Positions 1-11,037 of a DNA stretch of 55,260 nucleotides are shown here, piece by piece. Origin of the DNA: an uncultured bacterium (GTDB lineage Bacteria; Electryoneota; AABM5-125-24; Hatepunaeales; Hatepunaeaceae); contig CAZWOY010000001.1 in the NCBI GenBank assembly GCA_964635255.1, positions 1 to 55,260 on the forward strand, in the 5' to 3' direction. Numbering within the stretch: the stretch's first letter is position 1; every line of letters starts with the position of its first letter. The position numbers and the translations under genes were made by a program. The notes below the pieces were generated by a model. It made no database searches and was not told where the DNA came from. It worked only from the letters and a program-made list of their open reading frames with translations.

Positions 1-2
1 TC

Positions 3-773
3 GCTTCCGCCTTTGAACGCGCCTTCGCCGACAGATCAAAATGGCTCGGCGATGACGATTTTAGTCCGATACCGACAGCGGGACTGACGAGCAAAGAATA
101 CGCTGAAAAATTGCGGGAAGATATCGATCCGCAGACAAGAAACCCAGTCGAAAAGGCTGGCGATCCTTGGATTTACGATAATGCGAAAAATACAAGTCAT
201 ATTTCTGCAATCGACTGCGAAGGCAATATGTGTTCAATGACGACTTCAGTCAATTCGTCCTTCGGTTCCAAAGTTTATGTCGAGGATTTAGGATTTTTTC
301 TCAATAGCACAATGGATGATTTCGCGATAGAGCCAAAATCTCTAAATCATTATGATTTAATTGGCAGCGACGTCAACAAAGTCGAACCCCAAAAACGCCC
401 GTTGTCAAGTATGTCTCCGACGCTTGCGCTAAAAGACGGCAAACCATACCTGGCGATCGGTTCGGTCGGCGGACCTAAAATTATCACATCCGTCGCCCAA
501 ATGATAATCAATGTTATCGATTACGGCATGGATATTCAGGCGGCGGTCGATGCGCCCCGGATCCATACGCAATGGAAGCCGGATCTGCTTTACATAGAAG
601 AAGAAATCCCACCGGAGGTCGTTCGGGAATTGCGAATTATCGGATGGGATATTAAACAGAGATCCCTATGGTCTTTAAGCCAGGGTGTGATGTATAAGGC
701 GGATTCAGGTATTTTCTTTGGTGGAAGCGATGCTCGAGGAATTGGCTCCGCCGGTCCGGCTGAAGATCAATAA
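3..773 (+). CDS. ggt: gamma-glutamyltransferase, C-terminal part (5' end lies outside the window)
   Basis: The frame is open from nt 3 (ASAFERAFADRSKWLGDDDF...). It carries the small-subunit start-like NTSHISAID and the motifs TTSVNSSFGS and GSVGGPKIITSVAQ. Confidence 0.8.
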   Translation, partial: ASAFERAFADRSKWLGDDDFSPIPTAGLTSKEYAEKLREDIDPQTRNPVEKAGDPWIYDNAKNTSHISAIDCEGNMCSMTTSVNSSFGSKVYVEDLGFFLNSTMDDFAIEPKSLNHYDLIGSDVNKVEPQKRPLSSMSPTLALKDGKPYLAIGSVGGPKIITSVAQMIINVIDYGMDIQAAVDAPRIHTQWKPDLLYIEEEIPPEVVRELRIIGWDIKQRSLWSLSQGVMYKADSGIFFGGSDARGIGSAGPAEDQ

Positions 774-814
774 TTCCTAAAATTTGTTCGTAAGACTTAA
801 CAAAAACGGAAAAA

Positions 815-1159
815 ATGTTAGCGACAAACCAAAAAGACGTAATACTTACATTGATCACTGTTCCCGATGAACAATCGGCGTCAATAATTGCTTCGATGCT
901 GGTCGAGCAGGATTTAGCCGCTTGTGTAAACGTCATAAAAGGAGTGAATTCTTTCTTTAAATGGCAGGGACGCTTAAACAGCGAACAGGAAATCCTGCTG
1001 TTAGTCAAAACTACCCGAAGGTGTTTCGAAGCGTTAAAAGACGAAGTGCTCAAGAAGCATCCATACGAATTGCCTGAAATCATCGGCGTCGATGTATCCG
1101 AAGGTTTTAGAGGCTATTTAGAATGGGTTGCACAGGAAACAAAACACGAACAAATTTAG
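815..1159 (+). CDS. cutA: divalent-cation tolerance protein CutA
   Basis: 114 aa with a CutA-like pattern (LAACVN...SFFKWQG......E..L.VKT....F..L...V...HPYE.PEII). Confidence 0.8.
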   Translation: MLATNQKDVILTLITVPDEQSASIIASMLVEQDLAACVNVIKGVNSFFKWQGRLNSEQEILLLVKTTRRCFEALKDEVLKKHPYELPEIIGVDVSEGFRGYLEWVAQETKHEQI

Positions 1160-1180
1160 AAACATTTAAGAGGTAACATA

Positions 1181-1699
1181 ATGATCCAGGTAGGAAGCAA
1201 AGCGCCTGAATTCAAACTCGACGGCGTATTGGCAAACGGCGAATTCGGCGAGGTAAATCTCGCCGACTATCGCGGCAAGTGGGTAGTATTGTTTTTCTAT
1301 CCTCTTGATTTTACCGTCGTATGCCCCACCGAGATATCGAGTTTTTCTGAAAAATATGAAGATTTTCAGAGATTGAACGCCGAAATATTAGGCGCCAGCG
1401 TCGATTCAAAATTCTCGCACCTCGCTTGGATAAACAGCGAATTGGGAAAACTGAATTATCCACTGCTCAGCGACATTACAAAGGCGACAAGCCGCGATTA
1501 CGGCGTATTGCTGGAAGATGCGGGCGTGGCGCTGCGCGGAACGTTTATTATCGATCCCGACGGCAATTTAAAATGGCAGGTCGTCCATGATCTGGCGGTC
1601 GGTAGATCGGTGGATGAAGTTCTGCGTGTGATTTCAGCGCTTCAAACCGGTGAAAATTGTCCGGTGAATTGGAATCCCGGAGAAAATACTTTAGGATAG
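1181..1699 (+). CDS. peroxiredoxin (AhpC/TSA, typical 2-Cys type)
   Basis: Peroxidatic-Cys motif FYPLDFTVVCPTE, a resolving Cys near the C-terminus (ENCPVNW), and an AGAGG-type RBS upstream. Confidence 0.85.
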   Translation: MIQVGSKAPEFKLDGVLANGEFGEVNLADYRGKWVVLFFYPLDFTVVCPTEISSFSEKYEDFQRLNAEILGASVDSKFSHLAWINSELGKLNYPLLSDITKATSRDYGVLLEDAGVALRGTFIIDPDGNLKWQVVHDLAVGRSVDEVLRVISALQTGENCPVNWNPGENTLG

Positions 1700-1788
1700 A
1701 TTTAATTCTGTTTTATTAAAGCCATGGAACAAATTTTGGTTTCATGGCGCTTTTTATGTTTATACCCAAAGAAGAAGGGGAGTAATAC

Positions 1789-2805
1789 ATGGCTGAAAAG
1801 CAAACTCACCATCGCGTGATTATTTTAGGATCCGGTCCCGCCGGATTAACCGCAGCTATTTACACTGCTCGCGCTGACTTAAAACCTCTGGTTATTGAAG
1901 GCATTCAACCCGGCGGGCAGCTTACCATCACAACTGAAGTCGAAAACTACCCCGGATTCCCTGAAGGCGTCATGGGACCGCAGTTGATGGATTTGTTCAG
2001 AGCGCAGGCGGAAAGATTCGGTACGGAATATATTACCGACGCAGCTACAAAAGTTGATTTAAGCGATCGACCTTTTAAGATCGAGGTCGGTAAACAAACC
2101 TACACCGCGGATTCGTTAATCATTTCAACCGGCGCTTCTGCAAAACTTTTAGGATTAGAGTCTGAATCTAAACTGATGGGACATGGCGTTTCGGCTTGCG
2201 CTACCTGTGACGGGTGGTTTTTCAAGGATAAAGAGGTGGTTGTGATAGGAGGCGGCGATACGGCTTGTGAAGAAGCGAGCTTCCTGACCAAATTTGCAAG
2301 CAAAGTTACGATAATTCACCGCCGTGATGAACTGCGAGCCTCTAAAATAATGCAAAATAGAGTTTTTAAGAATCCGAAAATAGAATTTAAATGGAATTCA
2401 GTAGTAACAGAATTTATCGCGTCAGAATCGAACATGCTTGACGCGGTTAAAATTCGCGATACTCAAACAGGCGAAGAAGGAGCGTTGAAGTGCGATGGGG
2501 CGTTTCTTGGAATAGGTCATAAGCCCAACACGGATTTGTTTGTCGCCTTGACCTACAAACCCGATATAGACATTTCGCTTCCGGTGGATCATGATCCTAA
2601 ATCGGATCTGTTTAAGGGCCAGATCGATATGGATGAAAACGGCTATATCATCACCCAGCCGGATAGTACGAAAACAAATATTGAAGGCGTATTCGCCTGT
2701 GGCGACGTGCAGGACCACACATACCGGCAAGCCGTAACCGCGGCGGGATCCGGCTGTATGGCGGCAATTGAGACCGAACGGTTTCTTTCCGCAGAAGAGG
2801 AGTGA
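1789..2805 (+). CDS. trxB: thioredoxin-disulfide reductase, carrying a 24-aa insertion
   Basis: GSGPAG FAD motif, redox-active [21 protein letters not shown] motif and C-terminal [27 protein letters not shown]. Confidence 0.85.
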   Translation: MAEKQTHHRVIILGSGPAGLTAAIYTARADLKPLVIEGIQPGGQLTITTEVENYPGFPEGVMGPQLMDLFRAQAERFGTEYITDAATKVDLSDRPFKIEVGKQTYTADSLIISTGASAKLLGLESESKLMGHGVSACATCDGWFFKDKEVVVIGGGDTACEEASFLTKFASKVTIIHRRDELRASKIMQNRVFKNPKIEFKWNSVVTEFIASESNMLDAVKIRDTQTGEEGALKCDGAFLGIGHKPNTDLFVALTYKPDIDISLPVDHDPKSDLFKGQIDMDENGYIITQPDSTKTNIEGVFACGDVQDHTYRQAVTAAGSGCMAAIETERFLSAEEE

Positions 2806-4421
2806 TTATGAAATTATCAACGCTTACTAAGTTTATCTTCGTTTTGCTAATCTTAGCGTTAGCTATTGGCTGTTCAAAATCACGCAGCGATTACAAGGCG
2901 GGAATTTACTGGCTCGAAAAAGAAAACAATTGGCAGATGGCTGTCAAAAAATTTCAAAGCGCCGTTGAAAAAGATCCCGGCAAATGGAAAATACACGCCA
3001 AGCTTTTCGAGGCAATGGGCATGGGAGCGCAGCCGGAGATCGTCGAACAGCAACTCAGACATACTCTTTCAGAATTTCCCGACAGCGCTTGGACGGCGGC
3101 CATAGAAATTCCCGGCACAAAGATATTAGGCGAAGACAGATACAACCGGGTAGCTGGATCTTTGGTTCTAAAACACCTTAGCAGTCAGTTAGCCAAAGAC
3201 CGGGATGATCTTGAACTAATATCCAAATGTATCATGGCCGCCTGTCGCGTAAAAGATTCTATTGCGGTTGTCGATTACTATAAAATGGGATTGTCTGCAA
3301 CCGAAGGGACCGGACTGCCGGACTCGGCGCTTCAGGAAATCCGTTTTTATCTTGGCAAATCTCAAATCGATTGGCTCAATTTAGAATGGAAGGTTGAAAG
3401 AAATCCGCAAGATGCAGCGACGCGCGTAGCGCAAATCGACGCCGGAATACTGTTAGGCGACTCGGTATCGGCAAGCCAAAAACTGCGCATTTTAGCAGCT
3501 AAAATTCCCGAGAGCGCTAAAGACAAAGAATTAGCGATAAAATATGGAAGACTGGTCGGTTACGATCCTTTTCAAACGAAAGTGTTGACTCGCGGCTGGG
3601 ACGCTTCTATATCGCATAATGGAAAGACTTTGATCTTTATCAAGAATATGGGCGATGAAGAATATCCGGACCTGTATATTTACAAACAACCTTTTCCTTC
3701 CGGGAGCATAAGTCCGGTCTTGAAAGCAGTGCAGCATACACTGGATGTAATCGCCTGGCCCAAATTCTCACCTGATGATAACTGGATTTATTTCTATGCT
3801 TCCAAAGATAAGCAGTGGGAGCCTGGAAACGTTGGCAGATTTCATTTATACCGAGTTAAACCGTTTTACAACTCACGCCCGGAAAAACTTACAGACTCGG
3901 ATTTAGTAATTTGCGACCCATTTTTCAAGGACGACGGCAATTTATTTTTAGTGCGAAGAGACATCGGCAGCACACGGGCGTCAGTCGAAATTGTCGAGTT
4001 GGATCCGGAGAGCAAAAACATTAATACCATAAGCAGGATCGGCGAGCCTGTGAGCGGCGCGGTCTTTTCAGCTAACGGCGATTCGCTGATTTTCATCACC
4101 GACCGTGGCATATTTAGAAGATCTATCAACGGCGGCTTGATAACGGTTGATCTTCAGTGGATAGGAATGAAGTTTCCTCAACTTTCTCCGGATGGGAAAT
4201 GGTTGAAAATGCTGAACCGATCTGACAGGATGCTGATAATAGACCGCACAAATCCCGAACCCATTTTCATAGGCAAAAAACCCAAACCCTGGATTAGTTT
4301 CATAGACGACAGCAAGATTTTGCTTTCAGAGAAAAATGGCAATGACATTAAGGCGTCTATGATTAACCTGAAGAATTCTTCGGTAGATCCAGCGAGATTT
4401 TTTAAAAAAATAATGGATTAA
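2802..4421 (+). CDS. lipoprotein with an N-terminal TPR-like region and a TolB/PD40-like beta-propeller region
   Basis: Lipobox LALAIGC, and repeated PD40-like motifs ([37 protein letters not shown]). Confidence 0.55.
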   Translation: MIMKLSTLTKFIFVLLILALAIGCSKSRSDYKAGIYWLEKENNWQMAVKKFQSAVEKDPGKWKIHAKLFEAMGMGAQPEIVEQQLRHTLSEFPDSAWTAAIEIPGTKILGEDRYNRVAGSLVLKHLSSQLAKDRDDLELISKCIMAACRVKDSIAVVDYYKMGLSATEGTGLPDSALQEIRFYLGKSQIDWLNLEWKVERNPQDAATRVAQIDAGILLGDSVSASQKLRILAAKIPESAKDKELAIKYGRLVGYDPFQTKVLTRGWDASISHNGKTLIFIKNMGDEEYPDLYIYKQPFPSGSISPVLKAVQHTLDVIAWPKFSPDDNWIYFYASKDKQWEPGNVGRFHLYRVKPFYNSRPEKLTDSDLVICDPFFKDDGNLFLVRRDIGSTRASVEIVELDPESKNINTISRIGEPVSGAVFSANGDSLIFITDRGIFRRSINGGLITVDLQWIGMKFPQLSPDGKWLKMLNRSDRMLIIDRTNPEPIFIGKKPKPWISFIDDSKILLSEKNGNDIKASMINLKNSSVDPARFFKKIMD

Positions 4422-4424
4422 TAC

Positions 4425-5273
4425 ATGTTTCAAATAGGTAAATTCAAAGTCACACCGCTCGAATTCGGTCGATTTAAACTCGATGGCGGAGCGATGTTTG
4501 GCGTTGTCCCGAAAGTCTTATGGGAGAAAAAACATCCGGCGGATGATAGAAATCAGATTGAAATGGCGCTAAGGTGTTTATTAATAGAAACAGAAGACAG
4601 AAAGATATTAGTCGATACGGGCTTTGGCGAGGGTAGAGCAGATAAATTTAAAAAAATTTATCAATTCAGCGGGAGTGAAACCTATTTAGCGGAAACGCTT
4701 TCAGAAGCCGGTTTAAATCTGGATCAAATAACCGATGTCGTTCTGACGCATCTACATTTCGACCATGGCGGCGGTTCAACGATCGATAAACAGTCCGATC
4801 CAAAACCCGCATTCCCGAATGCACGCTACTATATTCAAAAAAATCAGGTAGATCACGCTCGCGAACGTTTTGAGCGAGACAAGGCAAGCTATTTTCCCGA
4901 GGATTTTGAACCTCTGATTGAAAACGGAAATGCCGTCATAAAAGACGGTCCCTGGGAACTTGTTCCTGGATTAGATACTATTGTATGCAATGGGCACACG
5001 CCGGGAATGCAATTGGTTAGAATATCGGATGAAAACAAAACTGTAATTTATGGAGCTGATTTGATACCATTGGCTTCACAATTTACCCTGCCCTGGATCA
5101 TGAGTTACGATCTATATCCTGTAACAACTCTCGAAGAAAAAAAGAAACTTTTAGCAGAAGCTGCTACTAAAGGGTGGATTTTTATATTCGAACACGATCC
5201 TGTTTACTTAAGCGGCAAGGTTGCTATCAATGAAAAAGGAGGGTATTCATTGATCGAACCAAATTGTCTGTAG
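4425..5273 (+). CDS. MBL-fold metallo-hydrolase
   Basis: HxHxDH motif (THLHFDHGGG) and a downstream His (CNGHTPG). Confidence 0.75.
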   Translation: MFQIGKFKVTPLEFGRFKLDGGAMFGVVPKVLWEKKHPADDRNQIEMALRCLLIETEDRKILVDTGFGEGRADKFKKIYQFSGSETYLAETLSEAGLNLDQITDVVLTHLHFDHGGGSTIDKQSDPKPAFPNARYYIQKNQVDHARERFERDKASYFPEDFEPLIENGNAVIKDGPWELVPGLDTIVCNGHTPGMQLVRISDENKTVIYGADLIPLASQFTLPWIMSYDLYPVTTLEEKKKLLAEAATKGWIFIFEHDPVYLSGKVAINEKGGYSLIEPNCL

Positions 5274-5290
5274 ATCTGTTTAACCGCATA

Positions 5291-5330
5291 AAAAAAACCG
5301 TTCAATTAAATTAACTGAACGGTTTTTTTA
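5291..5330. terminator. bidirectional intrinsic terminator between convergent genes
   Basis: An A-run, then the stem ACCGTTCA / TGAACGGT with an 11-nt loop, then a T-run. It lies between the stops at 5273 (+) and 5350 (-). Confidence 0.6.
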
Positions 5331-5349
5331 AACTATTTAAGAAGTTCCT

Positions 5350-6534
5350 TTATCTCTTCGCTTCTTTTTCCTCAAGCTTCTTCTTTAATTCCTCAAGTTC
5401 CTCTTCGGCTTTTCTGCGTTCCTCGCGGATCTGGTCGAGATCAAGTTCAACGGCTTCGACGTCTCCTCCCCGCTCTTCAATCGCCCATTTGAAGAGGGAT
5501 TGCCGATCCACAAATGAATTGGCGCTTGGCGTCGAAAGCTGCGTTCTTTTTTGTCGTCCGGAAAAAACGCCTTCTTCTTTATCGACCTTGAAGAATGTAG
5601 TTGAAGGATTGTATGCAAATCTGGTTGTGAATCGCCAGGTAGAATAATTTGCATAATTTTCGCTCAGAAGCGCATCGTTACTTCTACTTTTTACCGTCGT
5701 CTCTTCATTGCCAAGGACTAAAACGTCCAGACCAAGAATAATCTTAAGATTGCCTAAAGGTTTAAATCTGAGCATCGGCGTTACATAAACCCAATCCTCT
5801 CTTCCTAACACCGTTGGGCGCGGCCGCACGAAGAAAAACGAACCATAGATCTCAGCGCCGTAATCGAATCCTTTTTCGCGTGATTTAAGAAAACTAATAA
5901 GAAAGTTTACTTCTTGCGTGGAAGATAAATCTTCCGACATACCATCGTTATGAAATACCCAACCTAAATTAAAATGCGTTGAGAAATTTCGATCGGGATA
6001 TAGGGGCGTTTGGAAATAGGATAACAACAATTGAGTTTCAAGCTCAATCGCAAAGCTATAATATGGTTCGAATTGAATATCATGCACTTTTGCAGTTCTA
6101 AACCTTAAGCCTGGCATTATTCCCCATTTCATCTTGCGCAGAATCTCGGAATTGCCTAAGTAATAATTCCCGAATTTGAATCTCATATATGTATTGCCAG
6201 GAATTTGATAAGTCAGACCTAACTTGTCCCTTGTCAATGCATTAATATCCTGGTACATCACCTGTGTTACGGCAAACTCGACATTTTTTGTGTAACCAAA
6301 AGTGCCGGTTAACGCGGAAGTTCCATTATATAGAAAGACTGTCTCATCGCCGCTTTCAAAAGCGTCCGCGTAAGCTCGCGCATAAAAACTGACGTCAAGC
6401 GCTCCCGGCGGCATCGAGAGTGCCGTGTGTGAATGCAGAAATCCATATCCGCCTAAAAACTGTCCGGCAAAAACAGGAGATACTGCAAACAAAAGTATTA
6501 GCGAAATAAAAATCTTAAAAGGAGTCGATCTCAT
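5350..6534 (-). CDS. exported/outer-membrane-type protein with a charged coiled-coil C-terminus
   Basis: Start moved to the Met at 6534, which follows AAAGAGGAAAAA. Signal peptide MRSTPFKIFISLILLFAVSPVFA, beta-rich aromatic-alternating sequence, and a C-terminal EERRKAEEELEELKKKLEEKEAKR. Confidence 0.5.
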   Translation of the reverse strand: MRSTPFKIFISLILLFAVSPVFAGQFLGGYGFLHSHTALSMPPGALDVSFYARAYADAFESGDETVFLYNGTSALTGTFGYTKNVEFAVTQVMYQDINALTRDKLGLTYQIPGNTYMRFKFGNYYLGNSEILRKMKWGIMPGLRFRTAKVHDIQFEPYYSFAIELETQLLLSYFQTPLYPDRNFSTHFNLGWVFHNDGMSEDLSSTQEVNFLISFLKSREKGFDYGAEIYGSFFFVRPRPTVLGREDWVYVTPMLRFKPLGNLKIILGLDVLVLGNEETTVKSRSNDALLSENYANYSTWRFTTRFAYNPSTTFFKVDKEEGVFSGRQKRTQLSTPSANSFVDRQSLFKWAIEERGGDVEAVELDLDQIREERRKAEEELEELKKKLEEKEAKR

Positions 6535-6562
6535 TTTTTCCTCTTTAAAATTTGGAATTTTT

Positions 6563-7339
6563 TTAGCGACCATACCTGAAACCTAATCTGATCTGGAAAT
6601 AATCCATGCGACTGTCTTTTACCTCATCTCTGTCACTTAATCTTGCAGGCAATCCCCAGTAAGCAATTCTGACGTTTTCATTACCTATATCAACAAAATT
6701 ATACGCAGCAGAAATGTCAATAAAGAAGTTTTTTCTAAATTCGTATTGCATTCCTGCACAAAATTGAGCTCCTAAATTCGATCCTTCGGAATTATCCGAC
6801 CAGTCATCCTCAAAAGGCATACGATTCAACCTAGGCAAATCGGCAATTCGGTAAAGATTTTGATCTCTATGAACTTCCCAATGATATACAACCATCGCAA
6901 GACTCCCATAACCGCGGATTCTACTGGTTCGATTTCCAATAAGTCGCTCCAAATATAGACCAAATCCAACTGGAATTGACTTAAATGAACCTGATTGACC
7001 ACTCTGAATAGTAGTTACATAAGGTTGATATTCAGGTGGGAGTTCCCGAAGTCTTGAATCATCGATAATTTCCGCTTCCGACAATTCAGTAAAATAGTTT
7101 TTTCCCAGTCCAGTTATAAGGACAATGCCAGCGCCTGGCGTTACTTCATACCTGAAGTTCAGTTCGCCACTCATCATAGGATCCCAACGATCAGCCCATT
7201 TCCCGATGGGTAAACCATATCCGAAATTAACTCCGATATTTGTATTCATCGCGCTAAACGCAGCGCCTGCAAGGCAAAGAATACTTACAAAAGCGATAAA
7301 AAAACAGAAACCGAAGATTCTTTTCTTCATTTTCAGCAC
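6563..7339 (-). CDS. small outer-membrane beta-barrel-type protein
   Basis: Signal peptide (FFIAFVSILCLAGAAFSA), alternating hydrophobic/aromatic beta-strand pattern, and a C-terminal LGFRYGR. Confidence 0.5.
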   Translation of the reverse strand: MLKMKKRIFGFCFFIAFVSILCLAGAAFSAMNTNIGVNFGYGLPIGKWADRWDPMMSGELNFRYEVTPGAGIVLITGLGKNYFTELSEAEIIDDSRLRELPPEYQPYVTTIQSGQSGSFKSIPVGFGLYLERLIGNRTSRIRGYGSLAMVVYHWEVHRDQNLYRIADLPRLNRMPFEDDWSDNSEGSNLGAQFCAGMQYEFRKNFFIDISAAYNFVDIGNENVRIAYWGLPARLSDRDEVKDSRMDYFQIRLGFRYGR

Positions 7340-7573
7340 TCGTTCTCCTTAACAATGGTATGAATAAAACCGATAACCTATCAACCTTTGAATATAAACT
7401 GAGGACAAGCAAATGTCAAGTATAAAAACCACATTCAAAGCATTATTTACTCACATTGTAAATTATTCCGGAAATTACGTCATTATCCCAATAAAACTAC
7501 CATTAGATTTAATCAGCGCACAGTAATTATCTCAAAACAAAGGATCTGCTTTGGAGGAAACAGAATGAAAAAA

Positions 7574-9115
7574 CTAATAACTTTTTTTTGTTTCTTTGAC
7601 AAGCGCTTCGATAATTCCATCGATACTGTGTTTCAATGCCTCAACCTGAGTCACGAAACCATATTTACGAACTATTTTCGACGTCATGGGTCCGATTGTG
7701 ACTATTTTCGACTCACTGAAGAAGCTTTCCGCATTCTGGGATCCGATACACTTCATCATACCCTCAAATGTTGAACCGCTGGTGTAAACACAGAAATCAG
7801 GAGGATTGTTCAATAACTCCCGAAGCCAGTGCGGTTCCCATTCGGCAAAATCATTCCGATAGACTTTTAACGATAGAACATTAGCTCCTTTCGCCTCTGC
7901 TTTACGCTGAATTATATTATCGCTTTTATTCCCACAGATTCGAACGAGATTCACGCCCTGCAAATCGTAATTGCCGGCGAGCGTTTCAGCAAGCTCTCCA
8001 ACCAAAGCGTTAGCCGGGATTAGATCCGGGAAAATCCCTTTTTTCTGCAATGCCCGGGAAGTTCCATGTCCAACCGCCGCAATCTTGAAATTGCCCATAA
8101 TCCTGACGTCGTATTCATTTTTGAACAGTTTATCAAAGAAATAGTTAACGCCCGCTTCGCTTGTAAAAACGCACCAGCCTCCGGTTCTTGCCATACTCAT
8201 AAACTCTTTCCAGTTATCATTATCTTCTTCGCCGGATATCGAGATCGTTGGATAGGGCAAAGTATCCGCTCCTAATTCGCGAAATTTACCGCATGTTTCA
8301 GCATGATATTCCGCAGGACGGGTTATAAGAATTCGTTTTCCCTGAAGCGGAAGTTTCGCCGGCTGGAACTTTTCATTTGTAGTTCGTTTATGAGTATTCT
8401 TTCCTATCATAATTAATGCGGGCGGTGAAATGTTTTCTTCCTTACTTCGTTCTATGATATTTTGCAGTGTGCCGTAAACACTGCGCTCCAAGCCGGTTGT
8501 GGCGTTTTGGACGACCAGACAGCTCGTTCTCGGGTCCATACCGCCGCTTAATAGTTCGTTCACAATACGTTCAAATTGTCCAACGCCCATATAAATTGCG
8601 AGTAGTTTTCCCTCCAGCCCGCCGAGCTCTTTCCATGGCACAGATGGAGAATCGGAATCGGCTTCATGTCCGGTCGCCTGCACCACCCAGGAAACACTCG
8701 CTCGTTCCGTCAAGGAGAATCTGTTAGTTGCGGCTGCGCCGGAACTTGCAGTTACGCCCGGTATAATTATAAAAGGTATTTCGTTTTCAAAACAGGCGTC
8801 TATTTCTTCGCATAATCTGGCAAAAATCGTCGGATCTCCGCCCTTTAATCTAACGACGGTCTTACCTTTTTTCGCGTTTGTCACTAATAATTCATTTATT
8901 GAAGCCTGCGCCTGGGAGTGCGCTCCCGCTCGCTTGCCAACATAGATCCGTTCGATGCGCTGCGGCAATATGGTTAATAGTTCGGCTGAAACCAACGCAT
9001 CATAAATAACAATATCACACTTTTGCAGCAATTCGGAACCCTTTCTAGTAATCAGACCCGGATCGCCTGGTCCTGCGCCCACAAAATAAACAACCCCGGT
9101 TTTACTGGTCTTCAT
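7574..9115 (-). CDS. cobA/hemD: fused uroporphyrinogen-III C-methyltransferase / uroporphyrinogen-III synthase
   Basis: The N-terminal half is SUMT-like (VYFVGAGPGDPGLIT, VVRLKGGDP, IIPGVTA). The C-terminal half is HemD-like (GKRILITRP...). Confidence 0.85.
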   Translation of the reverse strand: MKTSKTGVVYFVGAGPGDPGLITRKGSELLQKCDIVIYDALVSAELLTILPQRIERIYVGKRAGAHSQAQASINELLVTNAKKGKTVVRLKGGDPTIFARLCEEIDACFENEIPFIIIPGVTASSGAAATNRFSLTERASVSWVVQATGHEADSDSPSVPWKELGGLEGKLLAIYMGVGQFERIVNELLSGGMDPRTSCLVVQNATTGLERSVYGTLQNIIERSKEENISPPALIMIGKNTHKRTTNEKFQPAKLPLQGKRILITRPAEYHAETCGKFRELGADTLPYPTISISGEEDNDNWKEFMSMARTGGWCVFTSEAGVNYFFDKLFKNEYDVRIMGNFKIAAVGHGTSRALQKKGIFPDLIPANALVGELAETLAGNYDLQGVNLVRICGNKSDNIIQRKAEAKGANVLSLKVYRNDFAEWEPHWLRELLNNPPDFCVYTSGSTFEGMMKCIGSQNAESFFSESKIVTIGPMTSKIVRKYGFVTQVEALKHSIDGIIEALVKETKKSY

Positions 9116-9752
9116 CGATTATTCGCTCCATTTTTTCCAGCCATTCCAACCATTCGTCAAAGCCTCCACCCATTGGCGCTCCTTCTGCCTCAGTTCGAAC
9201 AATAACATTGCCCATGCGTTTGAAGTATCGCATTTGTTCATCTGCGTTCTCGAATTTATTCCGAACTATCTCTCTAAAATCATGGGCCGCCTTTACCTTA
9301 CGGCCCCATCCCATGGCATGATCTTGAATCAGATTTCTTACCTTCGCAGCCATAAACGGCGCTTGTCCGCAGGTGCTGACTGCAATAACCAAAGGATCAT
9401 CCCGGAAAATTGCCGGAAAGGCAACGGTACATAGCTCGGGGTCATCGACTACGTTTACAGGAATGTTTAGCGATTTTGCCGCTTGATAAACGCTGCGGTT
9501 TACTTCTCTGTCTGAAGTAGCTGCAATAACTAAATTATAGGTCCGGCAATCATTTTGTTCAAATCTGCGTCTAATCCATTTGAGTCGGTTATTATCCGCA
9601 AGATGCATTATATCCGATATTGCATCGGGTGAAATGACGGTAATATCGGCTCGAAAACTAATTAAAATATTTATCTTATGGAGGGCGATCTTTCCGGCGC
9701 CGATTATAAGACAGTTTAATTCACTGGATTTAAAGAAAAGCGGGAGGTACAT
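9102..9752 (-). CDS. sirC: precorrin-2 dehydrogenase / sirohydrochlorin ferrochelatase (SirC/CysG-N type)
   Basis: N-terminal LPLFFK..ELNCLIIGAGKIALHKI Rossmann motif. It overlaps cobA/hemD by 14 nt. Confidence 0.75.
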   Translation of the reverse strand: MYLPLFFKSSELNCLIIGAGKIALHKINILISFRADITVISPDAISDIMHLADNNRLKWIRRRFEQNDCRTYNLVIAATSDREVNRSVYQAAKSLNIPVNVVDDPELCTVAFPAIFRDDPLVIAVSTCGQAPFMAAKVRNLIQDHAMGWGRKVKAAHDFREIVRNKFENADEQMRYFKRMGNVIVRTEAEGAPMGGGFDEWLEWLEKMERIIDEDQ

Positions 9753-9807
9753 AATTCACCTGCAGCAGTGAGATAAGCGGTCGATTAATTGCCAGAACAT
9801 TTTTATA

Positions 9808-11007
9808 TCAAGAATCATCCAGACCGCTGCTAACCGGTTTAGTTGTAATTCTTCTGACAAATTGTTTATAAAGGCTTTTCGAAAATGCCTCCAACGCCTT
9901 TTGATCTCCTTGCTTGAAATTGTTTCTAAATCGATTCAAAACCTCGCTGCGATCCTCATCCAATATCGCTCGCAATTCCGCATGATTGTTACTTTGAATC
10001 GTTTTTCTCCATTGTTCGAACTTCCGAACCTGTTCCTCGACAAGATCTAAAGCATAAGGCATTTCAATCGATTTTTCGAAGGCTTGTTTTTCCAGATACT
10101 GTTTGATATCGTCGAGATCCAAAAGTACATTATTAGTTAAATGCGTTATATCCGGATCCACATCGCGCGGCACTGCTAAGTCAATAATAATTCGTTGTTT
10201 CTGATCAAATTCGGAAAATATATTTTTATCGACAATAAATCCATCTGACGCTGTAAATGTTATTAAAATATCGATTTCGCTCATCAAATTTCTCAACTCA
10301 TCGAGTGTTTTAGGCGTTACGTTATTATAAAATCGCGCTAATTTTTCCGCTTTTGAATAAGTTCGATTGAACAGGTAGGTTTTGGGGTTTTCGCCGCTCA
10401 GTTTTCGCAGCAATATTTCGGTTGTGCCGTTAACGCCAATTATTCCTATACATGTCTCTTTTACATCAATATCGTAAATGTCTTTTATAATATCTAATGC
10501 CGCGCCGCCTAAACCTTGGGTTCCTTTTCCGATTTCCGTTTCAGTTCTGATTCTTTTGGAAATGTTAAACGCCTGATGAAAAAGTTTATGCAGGATTTTA
10601 CCCGCCCCATCGATTGAACATGCAGCGCTGTAAGCATCCTTGACCTGACTCAATATCTGATATTCGCCAAACAGCATAGAGTCCAAGCCTGAAGCGACCT
10701 TAAACAAATGGCGAGCCGCGCTGGTTTCCTGCCTGACAAAGAGGAAATCATTTAAATCTTTAAATTCATTTATAGCGCCACGCGATTTATAGAATTCAAA
10801 AAGGAGCCGGCGAATGTCCTTTTTTTTATCTGTTATCTGGTAATATTCAATACGATTGCAGGTCGGGACTATCACAATTTCCCGAACTCCTTCGATGTCT
10901 CTATAGTCGTTAACGGCTTGAGGAAGTTCACTGCGGGTTAACTGGAATTTTTCCCGCTGTTCTAATGTGCTTGTATTATGATTTATGCCGCCGCATACTA
11001 AATGCAT
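9808..11007 (-). CDS. hemA: glutamyl-tRNA reductase
   Basis: GINHNTSTLEQREKF, the active-site region VPTCNRIEYY, and a GVNGTTE NADPH-binding region. Confidence 0.85.
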   Translation of the reverse strand: MHLVCGGINHNTSTLEQREKFQLTRSELPQAVNDYRDIEGVREIVIVPTCNRIEYYQITDKKKDIRRLLFEFYKSRGAINEFKDLNDFLFVRQETSAARHLFKVASGLDSMLFGEYQILSQVKDAYSAACSIDGAGKILHKLFHQAFNISKRIRTETEIGKGTQGLGGAALDIIKDIYDIDVKETCIGIIGVNGTTEILLRKLSGENPKTYLFNRTYSKAEKLARFYNNVTPKTLDELRNLMSEIDILITFTASDGFIVDKNIFSEFDQKQRIIIDLAVPRDVDPDITHLTNNVLLDLDDIKQYLEKQAFEKSIEMPYALDLVEEQVRKFEQWRKTIQSNNHAELRAILDEDRSEVLNRFRNNFKQGDQKALEAFSKSLYKQFVRRITTKPVSSGLDDS

Positions 11008-11037
11008 ATCAACTCTTTAATTAACAGTACTATAATC

